A stretch of 64,000 nucleotides of DNA from the human T2T-CHM13v2.0 reference genome, Homo sapiens, in assembly GCF_009914755.1 (NCBI RefSeq), contig NC_060938.1; one strand, given 5' to 3'. The position numbers and the translations under genes are program-made. Below are positions 42,513 to 55,763 of the stretch, piece after piece; position 1 is the stretch's first letter, and each line of letters begins with the position of its first letter. The notes beneath the pieces were generated by a model. The model worked only from the letters and a program-made list of their open reading frames with translations. It was not told the origin of the DNA and did not search any database.

Positions 42513-45500
42513 GTGAGTCCTGGGGTCCCTGGTCCCGGGCAGCGGCGCGGGCGGGGAGCGCCCGCATCCTGGAGCGGGGCTGGCGGGGTGGCTCGGTGCT
42601 CTTTGGGGACCGCCGGGGCGCTCGGGGCGGCAGGAGAGGCTCTCAGGGCCCGGACGGCGGCGCGGGGGCGGGATGCCCCCCATCGGCGCGCGCTCGGGGT
42701 GCTGCGGCGGGCGCCGGGCTGCGCTGTCCGCGCGGAGGACGCGGCGGAGGAAGTGGCCAGAACTCGGGCGACCCAGCGGGGGCAGCGCCGGGCACCGGGT
42801 CCGCGGCCGTATCGTGGGGGCGGGGGCAGGGGCTCCACTTCCCGCGCGCCGCGTCCGGGCCGGGGAGGGCGGGCAGGGACTCCATGTGAGGCGCCGCCGT
42901 CGCGGGCGCTTCGCGGGGTCGCTTCCCGAAGCTGAGAGGCCGGCCGGCGCGGAGCCCCGTCTTCCCACCTCCCTCGCGGACCGTGGTACCCGCGCCCCCG
43001 AACTCCGAGCGCGGCGCCGTGAGCTTGGGCCGCCGCGGGCTGTGGGATCCCCGGCTGCGCTTTGCAAATTGTTCCGATGACCGCCGCGGGCCGCCGCAGC
43101 CCGAGAGCAGTGAACTGTGTGTGACCCGGGCCGGCCGGCCCTCCGCTTCTCCCCGCTTGGAGTGCTCTGGAGGGGAGGGACAGGATGCGGCTGCTCGGGG
43201 CCTGGCACCGGGGCGCGGGCCGTATCCCCCCGGTCCCGGCCTCGCTGATGCCCTCCCGGCTGCGGGGAGCTCGCCAGCCTCGCCCGCCTCGGCTCCCTCT
43301 CTGCTGGTGAAAGCCGCATCTTGAAGATAGTAATTATGTACAATCGTTAAACGGCAGCAATTAGAGACTTCATCTACTTCCTGAGTTTCCTTGTGACATT
43401 TCTATTGTTTACCCTTAATAAGCCAGGAGAGAGGCTTTGCGGGCTTAAAACTGGATATAGTGGGCAGTGAAAGGGGAGGGGGAAGGGGGAAGTGCAGGAA
43501 ACTGGGGGGAAGGAACAACTTGGGTTTAGTGTTGAAGAAAGGATTATTTTTTCCTTTGGATGTGTCGCTCTGGGAACCCGCGCTTTTGTCCTTCTGCGTT
43601 GAAAGACCTGTATTCAGAACATCCTCGGCGCTGATAGGTAGGCTTAGCACACATATGAGGAGTCATGGCTGTGGGAAGACTCAGGGAACTTTGCAAAACG
43701 TGTTTTGATAAGTGAGTGCCTTGAAGTAAGTGCTGACTTAAAAATAATTTAAAGAGAGGAGTTTTTGAGGGAAGCTTCCAGACACCGCACAACTCAAAGC
43801 TTCCCAGTCTTCCTGACTTTGTTGCTAGTGCATTAAGTGGGGGTGGTATTGGAAATCTCATTACCTATTTTGAAGCTGTTTGCAGATAAGTGTTTTTCTC
43901 ACCTACATCTTAATTGCACTTCAAAGACAAATATCAGGGTTCACAGGAAGGCGGGAGGAATGACAGGAGAAAAGCCGCAGTTTAGTCTGTCTTATGTAAC
44001 TTCAGCCCAACCTAATTTTGTGGAGTTTGGTTTTGTTTGTGTGGCTGGCTTCAGTGTGTTTAACACTGTGAACTTGACGCGGAAGATTAACGTATGCCAG
44101 AACTTTATTTCATTATTTCCTTTTGAGGAAATCATTGTTGAGATGTTTCAGAAAAGCAGCGAGTGGGCCTGGAGAGGTTTTGTGTTCATAGCTGAAAGTG
44201 CAGGGCATTCCGAAGCCACGGAAAGGATTGAAACCCTGGATTGTCCTAGTATCATAGTCTCACTCCACAGGAGCCCGGGATATAACGTTGCAGTTGCATA
44301 TGGTCTGCCCTTTGCTAATGCTTTTCCAGGAGACCAAAGTATGACATAGTTGGCACTTAGGGGGCGAGACACTCAACCGTCGTTTGTGTACCTACTCTGT
44401 TCCTGTGCTGTTTAGGCATTGCTGATGCAGTGAGAACAGGGAACTTTCCTTTTAGAGTGGAGTGACAGGCATAAACAGAAAGAAACATGCAAATAGAGGA
44501 GTAATAAGTGACAATTTCAGGTGCAGCCAAGTTCTGAAGAGGAGTTGATAAACTTGGAGAGTGACTGCTTAGGTGGGTATTGGTTTCTTCGGCTGGAAGG
44601 TGAGGGAAGTTCTCTCTGAGGAGGTGAAATGTGAGTAGAGGATGCTAGTCTGGTTTTTGAATACTTGAATTGTGGTATTTTTCTTTTTTCGAGGGTAGGT
44701 TTCTGACTGTTTACCAATGTTGAACACATTGAAGAGTGCAGGTGAAAGAGTGACTAGGTAGGAAGATTTTTAGAGAGAACCTTATTCATATTCCACCCTT
44801 AGGATTTGAGACAGTGTACTTCATCTTAAAACAACAATAACATTCACATAGAATTAATATCATCTTTATGATATTATCTTTATGTCCTCTGGGGTATAAA
44901 TATTGGAAAACAGAAAATTTCAAGTAGATTTTCTGAATAATGAGATGATTCCTGAGATCTAAAAATGCCTAATATTTGGTATTGATAGAAGCTTTGCTTG
45001 TCAAATTCAGTGCTTTTTTTTTTTTTAATGGTTATGTGACTGTCCTTTTTGCTCACTTTCGAATGTCATAGTGAAACATTACTAGGAAATCCTGGAGAGC
45101 AGAATGAAGAGCTGATAGATGTCTATATCCATATCTAAATACTTCTATATCTTTTTGTGTGTTACACAGTATTATTAAGAGATTCCACATAGCTAGGATT
45201 TTAGTGAGCTCATCACTTTCTGGGCTGATTAGTGGAATTTAATTATTTCATGATTCCAGCCAGTTAATGTATCATAGCCACAACTCTTTGTTGTGTCCAC
45301 TACTTAACTGAAGGTAGAGAAAAATGACTGGTCTAACCAGCAGGTCTTTTTGCTATAATTTTAAACTTACGTTTTAAGGTTAGGGAAGTGGCTCAGGATT
45401 TGAGAGGCAGTTTGGTATAGTGGGAAGAACATGCATTTACAGGTGGGTGACCTGAATAAGCCCTTCTCTCTTGCTGACTGGCTCTGTGACTTTGGCTTAA

Positions 45501-45910
45501 TTCCTCCTCCTCCTCTCTGTTTCTTTATCAATTTGCAAAATATGATTGGATTAGGTAGGCTTCAAGAGCCCTTCCTGGTCTGTGCTCAGTAATTCTGTTC
45601 ATTGGCGCAAATGTAGAAACTATTTAGTTACATATTCTAAGTTCCCTGACAGTTGTTTTAATAGCAGAAAAGATCAATGCTGTGGTTGTTTTTTATGAAG
45701 ATGTGCGTAAAAACAGAATGTTTAAAAAAGTTGTAATGATATACATCTGTTTGACTCATTGGTGTTAGGTTACCCATGGGAGCATTTAAATTGTGTAAAA
45801 CTTTATGTTCCAAGTTTAAGAAAGACAGTGATGTTTTGAAATTTAGCTAAATAGACTGAAATAACCAGCATAAAGAGGAGATGATCTCATGATAAAAATT
45901 TAGAACTGAA

Positions 45911-46043
45911 TAGCATTAGGGGAAATTCCTAATGTAGATGATGGGTTGATGGGTGCAGCAAACCACTATGGCACGTATGTACCTATGTAACAAACCTGCA
46001 CATTCTGCACATGTATTCCAGCCTTAAAGTATAATAAAAAAAA
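45911..46043 (+). mobile_element. Short L1PA (PA6-8-like) 3' end insertion
   Basis: TAGCATTAGG..AATGTAGATGATGGGTTGATGGGTGCAGCAAACCAC..GTAACAAACCTGCAC..TTAAAGTATAATAAAA. Degenerate TSD AAAATT(T)AG(A/G)ACTG. Confidence 0.9.
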
Positions 46044-46428
46044 ATTAGGACTGGAAGGGGGCCTAATGGTCATGGTATATGTTTAGCCCTTATATTTTAT
46101 TCTTGAGGACACAGGCTCCCAGAACAAGAGAGGTTCAAGTTCATAGTTGATCTGGGCTGAGCTGGGTGGCTGTACTCCCCTACTCTACCCTTTCCTCACT
46201 TTAAGACAGATTCCAGCAGCGCTGTCAGTTCCTCAAAGCATCCTTTCTGGATTCAATTTGAAGCATGTGGCTCTCTTGCTGACTAATGGCCCATGGTGGT
46301 TTTTGGAAAAATATTGCTTACTCTCTTAGTTCCTCTCACCTCACAGTTGAATGGATAATGCATTTTGCAAGACTTTTTTTTTTTTCTTTTGATGCTTCAC
46401 AAAATGTATTTTTATTGGCTCTCTCAAC

Positions 46429-46783
46429 CAAGGGTTCTTAACCTAGGGTCCACAGATGGAGTTCGGGACATTCTTGAACTTAGATGGGGGAAAAACATGT
46501 CTTGATTTTCATGATATTCAAACTGCAGTTTAGCATTTTCATTCACTTATGAGTGTAGGCAACAAAAAGACTTGCTGCTAGATTTTGTTATTTAATGCAT
46601 TATTACAGAAGTGCACATGTGTATAGCAATTTAAGACTTTTGATATTTAAGTATAAGTGATTCCAATTGTAATCCTTTGTATTTTATTTTGTATGTTTAA
46701 AAACATTAGTCTGAGAAGGGCTCATTACATGTCATCAAACTGCCAAAGGGATTCTTGGCACAAAAAGAGGGTAAGAACCTCTA
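46429..46783 (+). mobile_element. Charlie4/MER80-like hAT DNA transposon, internally deleted
   Basis: Terminal inverted repeats CAAGGGTTCTTAACC ... GGGTAAGAACCTCTA. Internal TGTAGGCAACAAA and TCTGAGAAGGG..ACTGCCAAAGGG motifs. Confidence 0.75.
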
Positions 46784-48179
46784 CAAATGAAAATTTATAA
46801 ATATGACTAAATATGACTGAAAAATGAAGTATTTTAGTAGAAATTGATAAGCTCTACAAAAGGAGGTAGATACCTGCCTCATTTCCTTTGGATGATTCAG
46901 TGTTTTGTTAGGTAAGACAAAGAGGGGTATAGTAGCTTGTAGAGTTTATGGTCTTTTTTTTTTTTTTAAAAGCAGGTCCCACTTTCTGTATGCTTTTTGT
47001 TGTTGCTGTAACCTCAGCACTTTGCCTTGACTACTCCACCCTTTGGTGGCAATAAGAAACCTTCAAATATACCCTAACACTTTTCCTTTTCTCATCCTCC
47101 ACTCTAATTTGGGCCCAAAGACATCAAACATTAGTATCTTTTATAGACTAAAAGGTCTTTGAACTTTAAAAAAATTTATAAAACAAAATCTTTACTGTAG
47201 CTCAGCATGTGGGGTGATCTGAAGAGCTCAGATCTGTTTGTGTGGATGGAGTGTCTAATTCTGTGGGCTATTAAGGGTTACGGTGTTACTGGCTTTGAGT
47301 TGCTATATTTTCCTTTACTAACTTTAGCCTTGTTTGGAATATGTGGCTGTCTGTGTTGCTGTGTGGTTTCTGGTCTGGCTTTCTCAGATTTATTTATTTC
47401 TCTCTTTAACACACCAAGACTGAAAGCTTCATTAGGTCTTTTCATTTCTGGTTGTGTTTCATCCTGTGATCAATATTTGGGGATGCTGTGTATAAATGAA
47501 AGTAAAACAGGCTTGATTCAGGTTCAGTAATTTTACCAAACATTTTATCGAAAAGATAAAATACTTATGCACAAAGGACCAAAACAAAACAAAATAGCCG
47601 TTGCTATATTTGAGGAAGACCAATATTGTCACATTGGAGCACTGGTTTTATATCTGCTGTGCAGGGCTTGCAGTGTGGCCTTCCTGAAAGTAGGTATATG
47701 GGGTTGTAGGTTGGCTTTTGAATGGAGACAACAGCAACTTGGTAGACCTCATTGGTATGGGAGAAAAATAACTGTGAAAAGGAATTTATAATGTCTTTTG
47801 ATTTAATTAAACGTTTCTCCTGGGGTGTGCAGAAATCTATTTTATAAAAAGAAAAGTAAAGGTTAGAATAATTCAGTTATTAGTTCTTACTGAGCTTATT
47901 GTCACCTTCATCTTCTGGAAAATAAAATAATAAGAGCAGAAAGTGCTTCATATTTCTTAGCTTTGTCTAAATCACCTGTTCTCAACCACTGTCTCAAGTA
48001 CCTCATATGTGATGATCAGTCTTGAGGGTATGTGGCCAGTAATTTATGACAAGTAATAAAGTGTGGATCTTTCAAATGATTCAGATATGTCATGTTAATA
48101 ATGTCATTTTTCACCCTTTTGCATTCTGATGTGTTTTCTCAAGTGGGAGAGAAAGGGGTGGAGTTACATCAGGCAAGCC

Positions 48180-49290
48180 AGGAATGTATGCATTCAGCAA
48201 ATATTTATTGGCTGTCTACTCTTCCAGGCATGAGGAATACAGCTAGGACAAGGCAGACACATTCCTTTTCCTGGTGAACTGCTCTCTTATTTTTGTCCCA
48301 GCCTCTTTGTGAATAACCGTTACTGATACATGGTTCATTTATTTATTCCCCAAATATTTGAGCATCTGCCACTTGTCAGATGCTGTGGATTGCACTAAGG
48401 GATACGCAGATGAACAAGACAGTCATGGTCCCTGCTGCTGCAGCACTGACAGCCTAGCTGGGAGACCTGAAGGCTGGGATGGTGGATGTGTTAGCAGGGT
48501 CCCCTAGCCATGTGCCAGGATGAGATGGGGATGACCACGATGGAGATAAGAGGGAAGGAGTGCTTTCCGAAGAAGGTTTGGAGTATTCTGCAACCTAGAG
48601 ATGAACACGTGCAGCTACTTTGAGGAACAGAGAAACACTCTTTATGGCTAGGAAAGAATGATTGAATGAAACATTGTGAGGGATGATGATGGGGGGATAT
48701 CATGAAGGGCTTATAAGATATTGGAAGGGGTTTGGACTTTACCCTAAGAGCACAGGAGACTGTCTCAGGGTTTTGCTAGTATGAGATGGGAGTGAAGAAA
48801 GCCCTCTGCTCTTTGCAGAGTGGAGTTGGAAGGCACAGTGGAGTTGGAAGGAGAAACTGAGGCTGCAGCCCAACAAGGCAGAGAGAGAATGGAGTGTGAG
48901 CTAGAGGGCAGCTGTCTTGCTTCTAGTTCCTGGTTCGGGTACCTCCTGAGACCTAGTTTCGTGTGATTGACCATTCATTCAGTGACTCAAGATACTGACT
49001 GAGGACCAGCACTGCTCCCAGCCCTGGGCTACACCAGCAAACAAGACAGACAGCTGCCCTTCCTGCCTGCTTGGAGCTTACCTTTTTTTGAGAGAGGTGA
49101 GCAAGCAAAGGAGTAGATAAAAAATGGAACTTCAGAGACTGCTGGGAGGAAACTAAAGCAGGATGAGGAGGAAGAGAGTTATTGGGTGGGCAGGGGGGGG
49201 GTGAATTGGCAGGGTGAAATGCTAGGGATAAGGTAGTGGGGGATCCTTTTGGACAAAATAATCAGGAAAAGCTTTTCCGAGAAAATAGTC
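48180..49290 (-). mobile_element. Cluster of three antisense L2 3' remnants
   Basis: CATTCAGCAAATATTTATTG (48191), TTCATTTATTTATTCCCCAAATATTTGAGC (48334), CATTCATTCAG (48972), each followed by AACAAGACAG-type L2 text. Confidence 0.65.
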
Positions 49291-50497
49291 CTGTGTCCTT
49301 TGAGAGTCCCCACTTCTTTCGGTTTTTACTTACTTTTTTTTCTGTTTAAGCCACCTTGAGTGGGTTCTGCTCTTTCAATCAGAAGATTCCAAGTATCCCG
49401 TTAAGAGGCAACGTATATAAGCAATTTACTGAAGGGAAAAATAGAAGTGTAAACAAATACAAGGGCAGATAGTTAAGTATCCCTGGACAAAAACGTGGTT
49501 CTGCCCTCTGTGCTGCTTGCCATGTGCCCAGAGTGGCCATTGAATTCCACCAGAGCGTATTGCCCCTTGAGGGTAGGAACCTTGACTTCCCCCCTCCTTG
49601 GAATGCTGGGCTTCCCTTTCTGGTGCATGTTAGGTACTCACTGAGCCTCTTGGAGAAATGGATTTCTGTGGCACACCCTAGTTTGCCACCCCACATGGAG
49701 ATGTGGCCAGGGCTTAGTGAATGTTTCTGGACTTGGAAGGAGCACTCTGCTTCTGTAGCACAACTGCAGTTTTGTAAACAATCCTACCAACCTTTAGGGC
49801 CCAAGTCAAAGTTTCCCTGAGAAACTAAACATGTGCTTTACTGACATCAGATATTCCAGTTTCAACTTTTGTTTGTTTTTCTTTTTGTCAGTCACCTAGC
49901 AGTCATGTTGTCACCTGCAGAAAGTCCTGCCTTGAAGGGAAGCAGGCCATCTGTTCTGATTCCACCAGCTGCTCGGAGCTGCATTGCAGTGCGCCACAGT
50001 GGCGTTGAAAGGCTGTGGTCATTAATGCCTATTAATGATGGCTGGAAATACTGTGGCATACAAGCCTCTTGGATGACAGACCTAATAAATATGCATCAGG
50101 GGGCATTTTCAGCAGCAGGTTTAAGGCTATTGCGAGTCATTCTCGATTGAGGTTTTCTTTCTAGCCATCCGCATAATGCTTCTCACTCTCAAACACTTCA
50201 CTCTGCTTATCCCTGCTTTTCTGCTCATGCAGAATCTGTTTTTAGGATAAGAAATCATTGTTTCAAGCTTTGTACTTCCATTCTTATTAGTACTGGTTTA
50301 ACAGAATTTAACCAGAGCGAGCAGTTGTGTGTTTGGCTTCTAGGCTATTGGTATAAAACGGCTGATCGTGATTACCAAGTGCCTCGGAGGACCTCGGTGG
50401 CCCCCCTCCTTTCCCATCTTGTGCTTCCTGCTCCATGATTATAGAACACTAATTATAATCAGAACTGGTGATGGGTGAGCAATTAGGCTTTTCTGGA

Positions 50498-50530
50498 CTG
50501 ATGATTGATTGATGGATTGATTGATTGATT
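50498..50530. repeat. (TGAT)n microsatellite
   Basis: Direct reading. Confidence 0.85.
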
Positions 50531-53500
50531 GCGTTGGGGAAAGGCCCTTCCTGCGGAAGGATTGTAGACACAAAGGAGTGTGCTTTCACACCAGATCCCA
50601 GAAAATTATGCTGACTAGATCCTTGATGTAGTACATAAGATTACATTATGGTTTGGGTACTTTCATCACATGCTGTGGATAGAATTCAAAATGCAACCTG
50701 ACAAGACTGATAGGAAATAAATTCATTAAGTTTTTATTGAGTTGTTTTTTGTCTCCTCGGGTTGTTGATCATTCTAGTGAGCACAATTTCAGCCTTTTTG
50801 ATGAGTTATTCCAAACATTAAGTACTGTACGGTTTGAAAATCTTAGCTAACAAAAGCATTTTTGGAGTGGCTTTATAATTTATAAGTCATCTGCAAGTCT
50901 TTTTGCATTTGTTAATCTCCAATATTATCTGAAATTTGTTGAGAGCGTGGCAGTTGAAGAATAGCCTAGCTTACTGAGAACCATGCTTCTGGCAGACTGG
51001 AACATAAGCAGCTTTCACCCAGGAGAGCTAATGCATGACACAGATTTTCAAGCTTTTAAAGGTCACCTGACATGAAATAACAGAACTAACAGAGATTCGA
51101 GTAGGTGGGGTAATCTATACAAGCATCCTGCAGGTACAGGATGGTGGAAGGACCAGAAGAATGTTTTAACACTGCATTTGGGTGGTTAAAGGACAGGATG
51201 AAGAGCTCATTTATATTGGTTGTACCTGTCTGTGACTGTCGGCAGTAAGAAGGTAGTACAGTTCCTGAAATACTTTATGTCTCCTCCACACCATGGAGAA
51301 CAGTTCTGTGTTGGTGAGAAGCAAGCCAAGGCAGAAGATGGCTCTTGTGTGGTGCAGTTTACAAAAGAGAGACAAAATTTGATAGCAGCCACTGCTGCCA
51401 GCCACCTGCACAGCACTCAGGGTTGGGAGAGCTACAGGCCTAGAATCCACTGGTTACTGCCTCCAGATTGAACACTTCGCCATAGAAAGAAAATGAAAAC
51501 ATTCCTCTAGTAGCTAAAGTGAACGTAACTTCTGAAATTTCCCCAGATTCTGTTTGGGGAATTTTAGCATTTTTCATTTCTAATGAGAGGGACTAAAAGA
51601 TGTGAAATCAAAACTTTTGCATTCAAAATTGATCAACTGAGTGTAAAAGAAATTTAAATAATTGAACTTCCAGATGATGTTAAGTCTGTTGCTTTTATAA
51701 TTTTGTTGTTTTTAAAGCTTAAAATTACACTAAGAATTTTGAGATGCATGTGTGTATGTATATATTTTATTGCATGTGTGTTCTGCATGGGTATATTAAA
51801 AACGGGATTCATTGATCCTGCACATGGACCCCTGAACTTTAAGATGAAGAAAAAAAAATGGGATTGCCTGTACATACTAGGAATTAAGCACTATCTAAAC
51901 ATACACACTAAACACTGATCATTCAGTTTGTGTTAGGTGATGCTGTTGTTGCTGTTTTACGAGGCTGATTTCACTTCAGAGGACTAGGGGTGGTGGAGCC
52001 TACATAAGGAAATGCCCCCCAGGGGTACACAGTCTAAGGGCAAGACAGATGACTTAGCAACAAATCATTAATTAGGGTGTAGCAGGATGGTGGGCGAGAG
52101 CTCTGGGCATACTATATGCCAGGTTCCGTTAGGTGGTTTACATTATCCTTTCCAGGAGTTCAAATTTATTATCTGGGCAATGAGGCTCCAGCTTAATGAC
52201 TTGTCCAAGCTCACTCCCCTAGTTAGTGGGAATCTGATTAGAAGGTAGGTCCTTGTGGCTCTCTTGCTTGATTATTTCCACCAGGGTGAAGGTGAGAGGC
52301 ATGTGTATTGCTGGGAGATTGGGAAAGATTTCCTGGGGCAGTTGGCCTTTAGCAGAGCCTTGAGAGGTGACCTGGGTTTTTTATAGAGCAGTGGTAGTAA
52401 AAGCATGGTGATTTTGGAACCTTGAGGGGTATGGCTGGAGGCTGAAGTACTTGGGGAGGGAGGTGAAGTTGGAAAGTCAGGTTGCGGTATTGTTGGGGTA
52501 TTGAAATATTTGGGCTAGGGTTATAGTAGGTAATCTCAGAGTGGTCCCTGCCTTCATGGAGCTTACAGTCCATCAAGAAGGAAGCCCTTTAAGCAAACCT
52601 GGCAAGGTGCTGCCAAGGAGAAGTACAGGGTTTCGTGTACAGTAGGGGACAAAATTTGTTTTTGGGGGAGGGCAGGTTTTTGTGGGGAGGGAGGGAATTC
52701 TATGTCAGCAGAGGTAGAAAGGGTGAGTTAGCTAAGGGTTAGCAAGGGGAAAGCAGAGTACCTGAAGGCACATCGAGAGGTTGAGGGGCTGAGAGGCTGA
52801 GGGATATCCAGTGCCTTTGGAATTGAAGGGGTGAGAGGGCCTTTGTGATGAGAGAGACTTGAAAGGAAGGACCTGGGCCCAGTAAAGGCTGTGGCCTCTG
52901 GGAGGGGGAAGCCCTGCTAATAACATTTCAAGGCATTATTGCAGACTCTAGGTAGCAGGCAGTGTCAGCCTTCTGAGTAGGTTAGTGAACTAATCCTTAG
53001 GACCCAGTCTTGCTTGAAATCTCCAAATAGGCTTGTTTTCCCTTTTGTAATTCATTTCCCTCCTACCTTTGTCTCTCTTCCCCTGCCAAAGAACAGTTGC
53101 TCACAATGGGCGTAGCCCCCTTCTGTGCGATGGCAAGGGTGAGGTGAGATAACGTGATCCATTTAATCATTTGGGCACTCAGTGGTTTGATTTTGAAACT
53201 TGTGCTGGAACCAGTGAATGTTTTGGGGTTAAACTCCACTGGCAGAGCAGTTAGTGATCCAAGAACTCTTTCCTGTTACCCATTCAGACAACTGTGCCTC
53301 TGGAGCCTTGCTTTCCCTGGAGGCCCAAGGGATGGGGTCCTGAGTGCTTTGTCCCCCAAGAAACGAGGAGAAGGACCCATAGCCCTGTGCTCTTTCCTGC
53401 ATGGGAGGATGCACAGTGTGCCCACCAGCTAGGGGATCGCCCTCAGGAGGCAGAATGGGCTGCTTTTCCTCCAGGCTGTTGTTTCAAGCAGGGGTGGACT

Positions 53501-55626
53501 TGTCCCTCTGCCTTGGGGTCTTGGCTGTCTCTTGCTGAGCTATGGCAGCAATAGTGTGGAGCAGGTGAGGACTGGCATTTAGCCCCCAGACCAGCCCCTC
53601 TGAGGGTGTAATTGATCCCATTGCTGGAGAAAAGAGCAGAGCAGATTTCTGGCCTTGCAGTGTTTGCTGCAGGTGGTGGTCTTGGATCACTGAGGGGCTG
53701 CCCTGCTTGGCCTGGTCGTGTTCCCATCTCAACTTCTGCCATTTCTTCAGGGTGCTCCTTTTGAATTGAAGTGGAGGTCCCTGGCCAGAACCTGCAGTTA
53801 AAAATGATCCTTAAAGAGGAAGCATCGAGATCTGAGTTTTTTTTTTCTTTTCCTGAGGAGATGAGGAAATTCTGGCTAGACTCTTGCTGCTTAGTGGGTT
53901 GGTTCTTCCTGCTCCTTGGGGGAGGTCCCCAGAGGGCTGGCTCCTGAGCCCTGATGGTATCTGTCCTTTATTGAGTGCTGATTCTTAGCTGGGTTCTTTG
54001 TAAAGTGCTATTCGTGTGTGGCCTCTTTAAATGTTTAGCAAGGGAGGTAGGTACCATCACTCATCATTTTATGCATGAAACTGAGTCGTGATGCTTGAGA
54101 AGCTTGTTCAGGGCCACATGTGACAGAGTGCTGATTCGAACCTAGGTCTTTCTGACTCCAAGTTGTTCAATCCTGCCTTTACTGTGTGTGTTCCAAAGCA
54201 GTTTTGTATGTTTTTATTTTTTTTTTTTTAACCAAACCCTTGCCATACTGGGTATTCTCATTAAACATAGTGGTGTAAAACTTCACTCATTCAAAGAAGT
54301 TACCAGTAAGGTGAAATGTTTTTTCCTTGGGTTTACAACTTATATTAACTTTTTTGGGAAGTTGCCCACATACGCGCTTTGCCCACATAAGTATTGTGCT
54401 CCTAGTATGTTTTCAGAAAATTAAATGTCTGTTTTTGAGGAAATAAAAATGAATCCTTATATCTTCCCTATTTACCTGAATATATTATATATAATTATAT
54501 ATCATATTGAATTGATGCATCAATATGATTTGGATGTTGGATAAAGGCAGGAAAAGCTGCCTTTGTCATCCAAAGTAATAAGTTCATTTCTCTAGTTTTC
54601 AAGATGATCCATTTTGTTCCTCCTTCCAGAAAAGCTGTCTAACCTTATTAGCTGTGGCATGTACCCTTGAAATCTTTCTTCTTGCTTTTGTTGCTGTCGT
54701 TGGTAATTTAGGCTAGCATTTGTATTTCGTTTATAGTTTGGAAAAGGGGCTTCAAGTACTTTTCCTCTCTAATAAAGGTCTATCTTTGCCTGGGACTAAC
54801 GTCGCTGTTATGTTGATTTTTCCTTTCTTGTCTTTTAATCTTCCTGTTAGTATTGATTAAGGGAAAAGTCCATATAGCTCCTATCTCCTCACTAACAGTA
54901 CTTGGTATAACTTGTTCCAGCAGTGGCACTTGGTTTAGCTAATCCAAAAAGCATAGTCCAACAGCAGTCCAGGAAAAGTGCCTTTTATTTGCTTATTGTA
55001 TTAGCTTAGACCAGGTGCCAGCTCTAAGGCTTTGATGAAACTCAGTTGATTTAGACCCTTCTGAGAGCTGGCATAGCTTTACACTGTATAGTTTGAACCT
55101 TCCTGTGAGAGCAGTTAAGCCTTTTTGGTTACATAGGTGGTGAGGTACATATGACCCAGAGTTTCTGAAAAACATTCTGAGCAAACAGGCATCTTGAGAT
55201 ATCAGTTGGTAAAATACCAAAGGACAAATACAGCATCTTCATAAGCAGTATTAGATGTTATATGGGAAAAACCAGAGACCTGGAAGCACTGCAGGGAAGT
55301 AATTCAATCAGCAGGTTCTGCTAATGTAATAAGCGACACAAGGGTGAAACCTGAGTAGTTTACATGTACCAGAAATGCCCTTCAGTTGAATTATTGTCTT
55401 ATCATGGTTGCCTGCCTGTGCACTACTGTTATGAATATTAAAAGACAGCACAGCTCACTTTTTCCCCAGATGGAAAAGGCCCAAATCTTCATCACCTTAG
55501 TAATTTGTTTCCTCCTCTTCCCACTCCTTACCGCCTTTAGTCAAAGCTCATGCTTTGGGTTTATTACTTAGAAATCTTGTCCGGGATAATAAAGCATACA
55601 GACTTGGTGTTGTATAAAAACTACCA

Positions 55627-55672
55627 CACTCCAGCCTGGGCGACACAGTGAAACCCTGTCTCAAAAAAATGA
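55627..55672 (+). mobile_element. Very short 3' Alu fragment
   Basis: CACTCCAGCCTGGGCGACACAGTGAAACCCTGTCTCAAAAAAA. Possible TSD TAAAA(A)CT(A/G)C. Confidence 0.8.
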
Positions 55673-55751
55673 AATAAAACTGCTCTTTAATCGTGCCGAG
55701 TTCAGGAGAGAGTTGCTTCTCTCTTTGCGGTAGTGAGGAGGGCTGGGCGGA

Positions 55752-55763
55752 GGGGATTTCCCC
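55752..55763. promoter_or_regulatory. Consensus NF-kB site GGGGATTTCCCC (candidate)
   Basis: Matches GGGRNWYYCC, next to a GGGCGG box. Function is not shown by sequence. Confidence 0.4.

Larger units (their letters stand above)
41500..43320. promoter_or_regulatory. CpG island / TATA-less promoter of PELI2
   Basis: Very high GC and CpG density (densest 41750-43320), multiple GGGCGG Sp/KLF boxes (e.g. GGGGCGGGGC at 42035-42044), spans exon 1. Confidence 0.93.

Noticed and set aside
41883-43343. 486-aa antisense ORF and the other overlapping ORFs across the CpG island
   Set aside because: Ala/Arg/Pro/Gly-rich text expected from stop-poor GC-rich DNA. No recognisable domain, and several frames on both strands are open at once.
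44351-44370. CTCF-like TGGCACTTAGGGGGCG
   Set aside because: The 5' half of the core deviates from consensus, so it cannot be supported from sequence alone.
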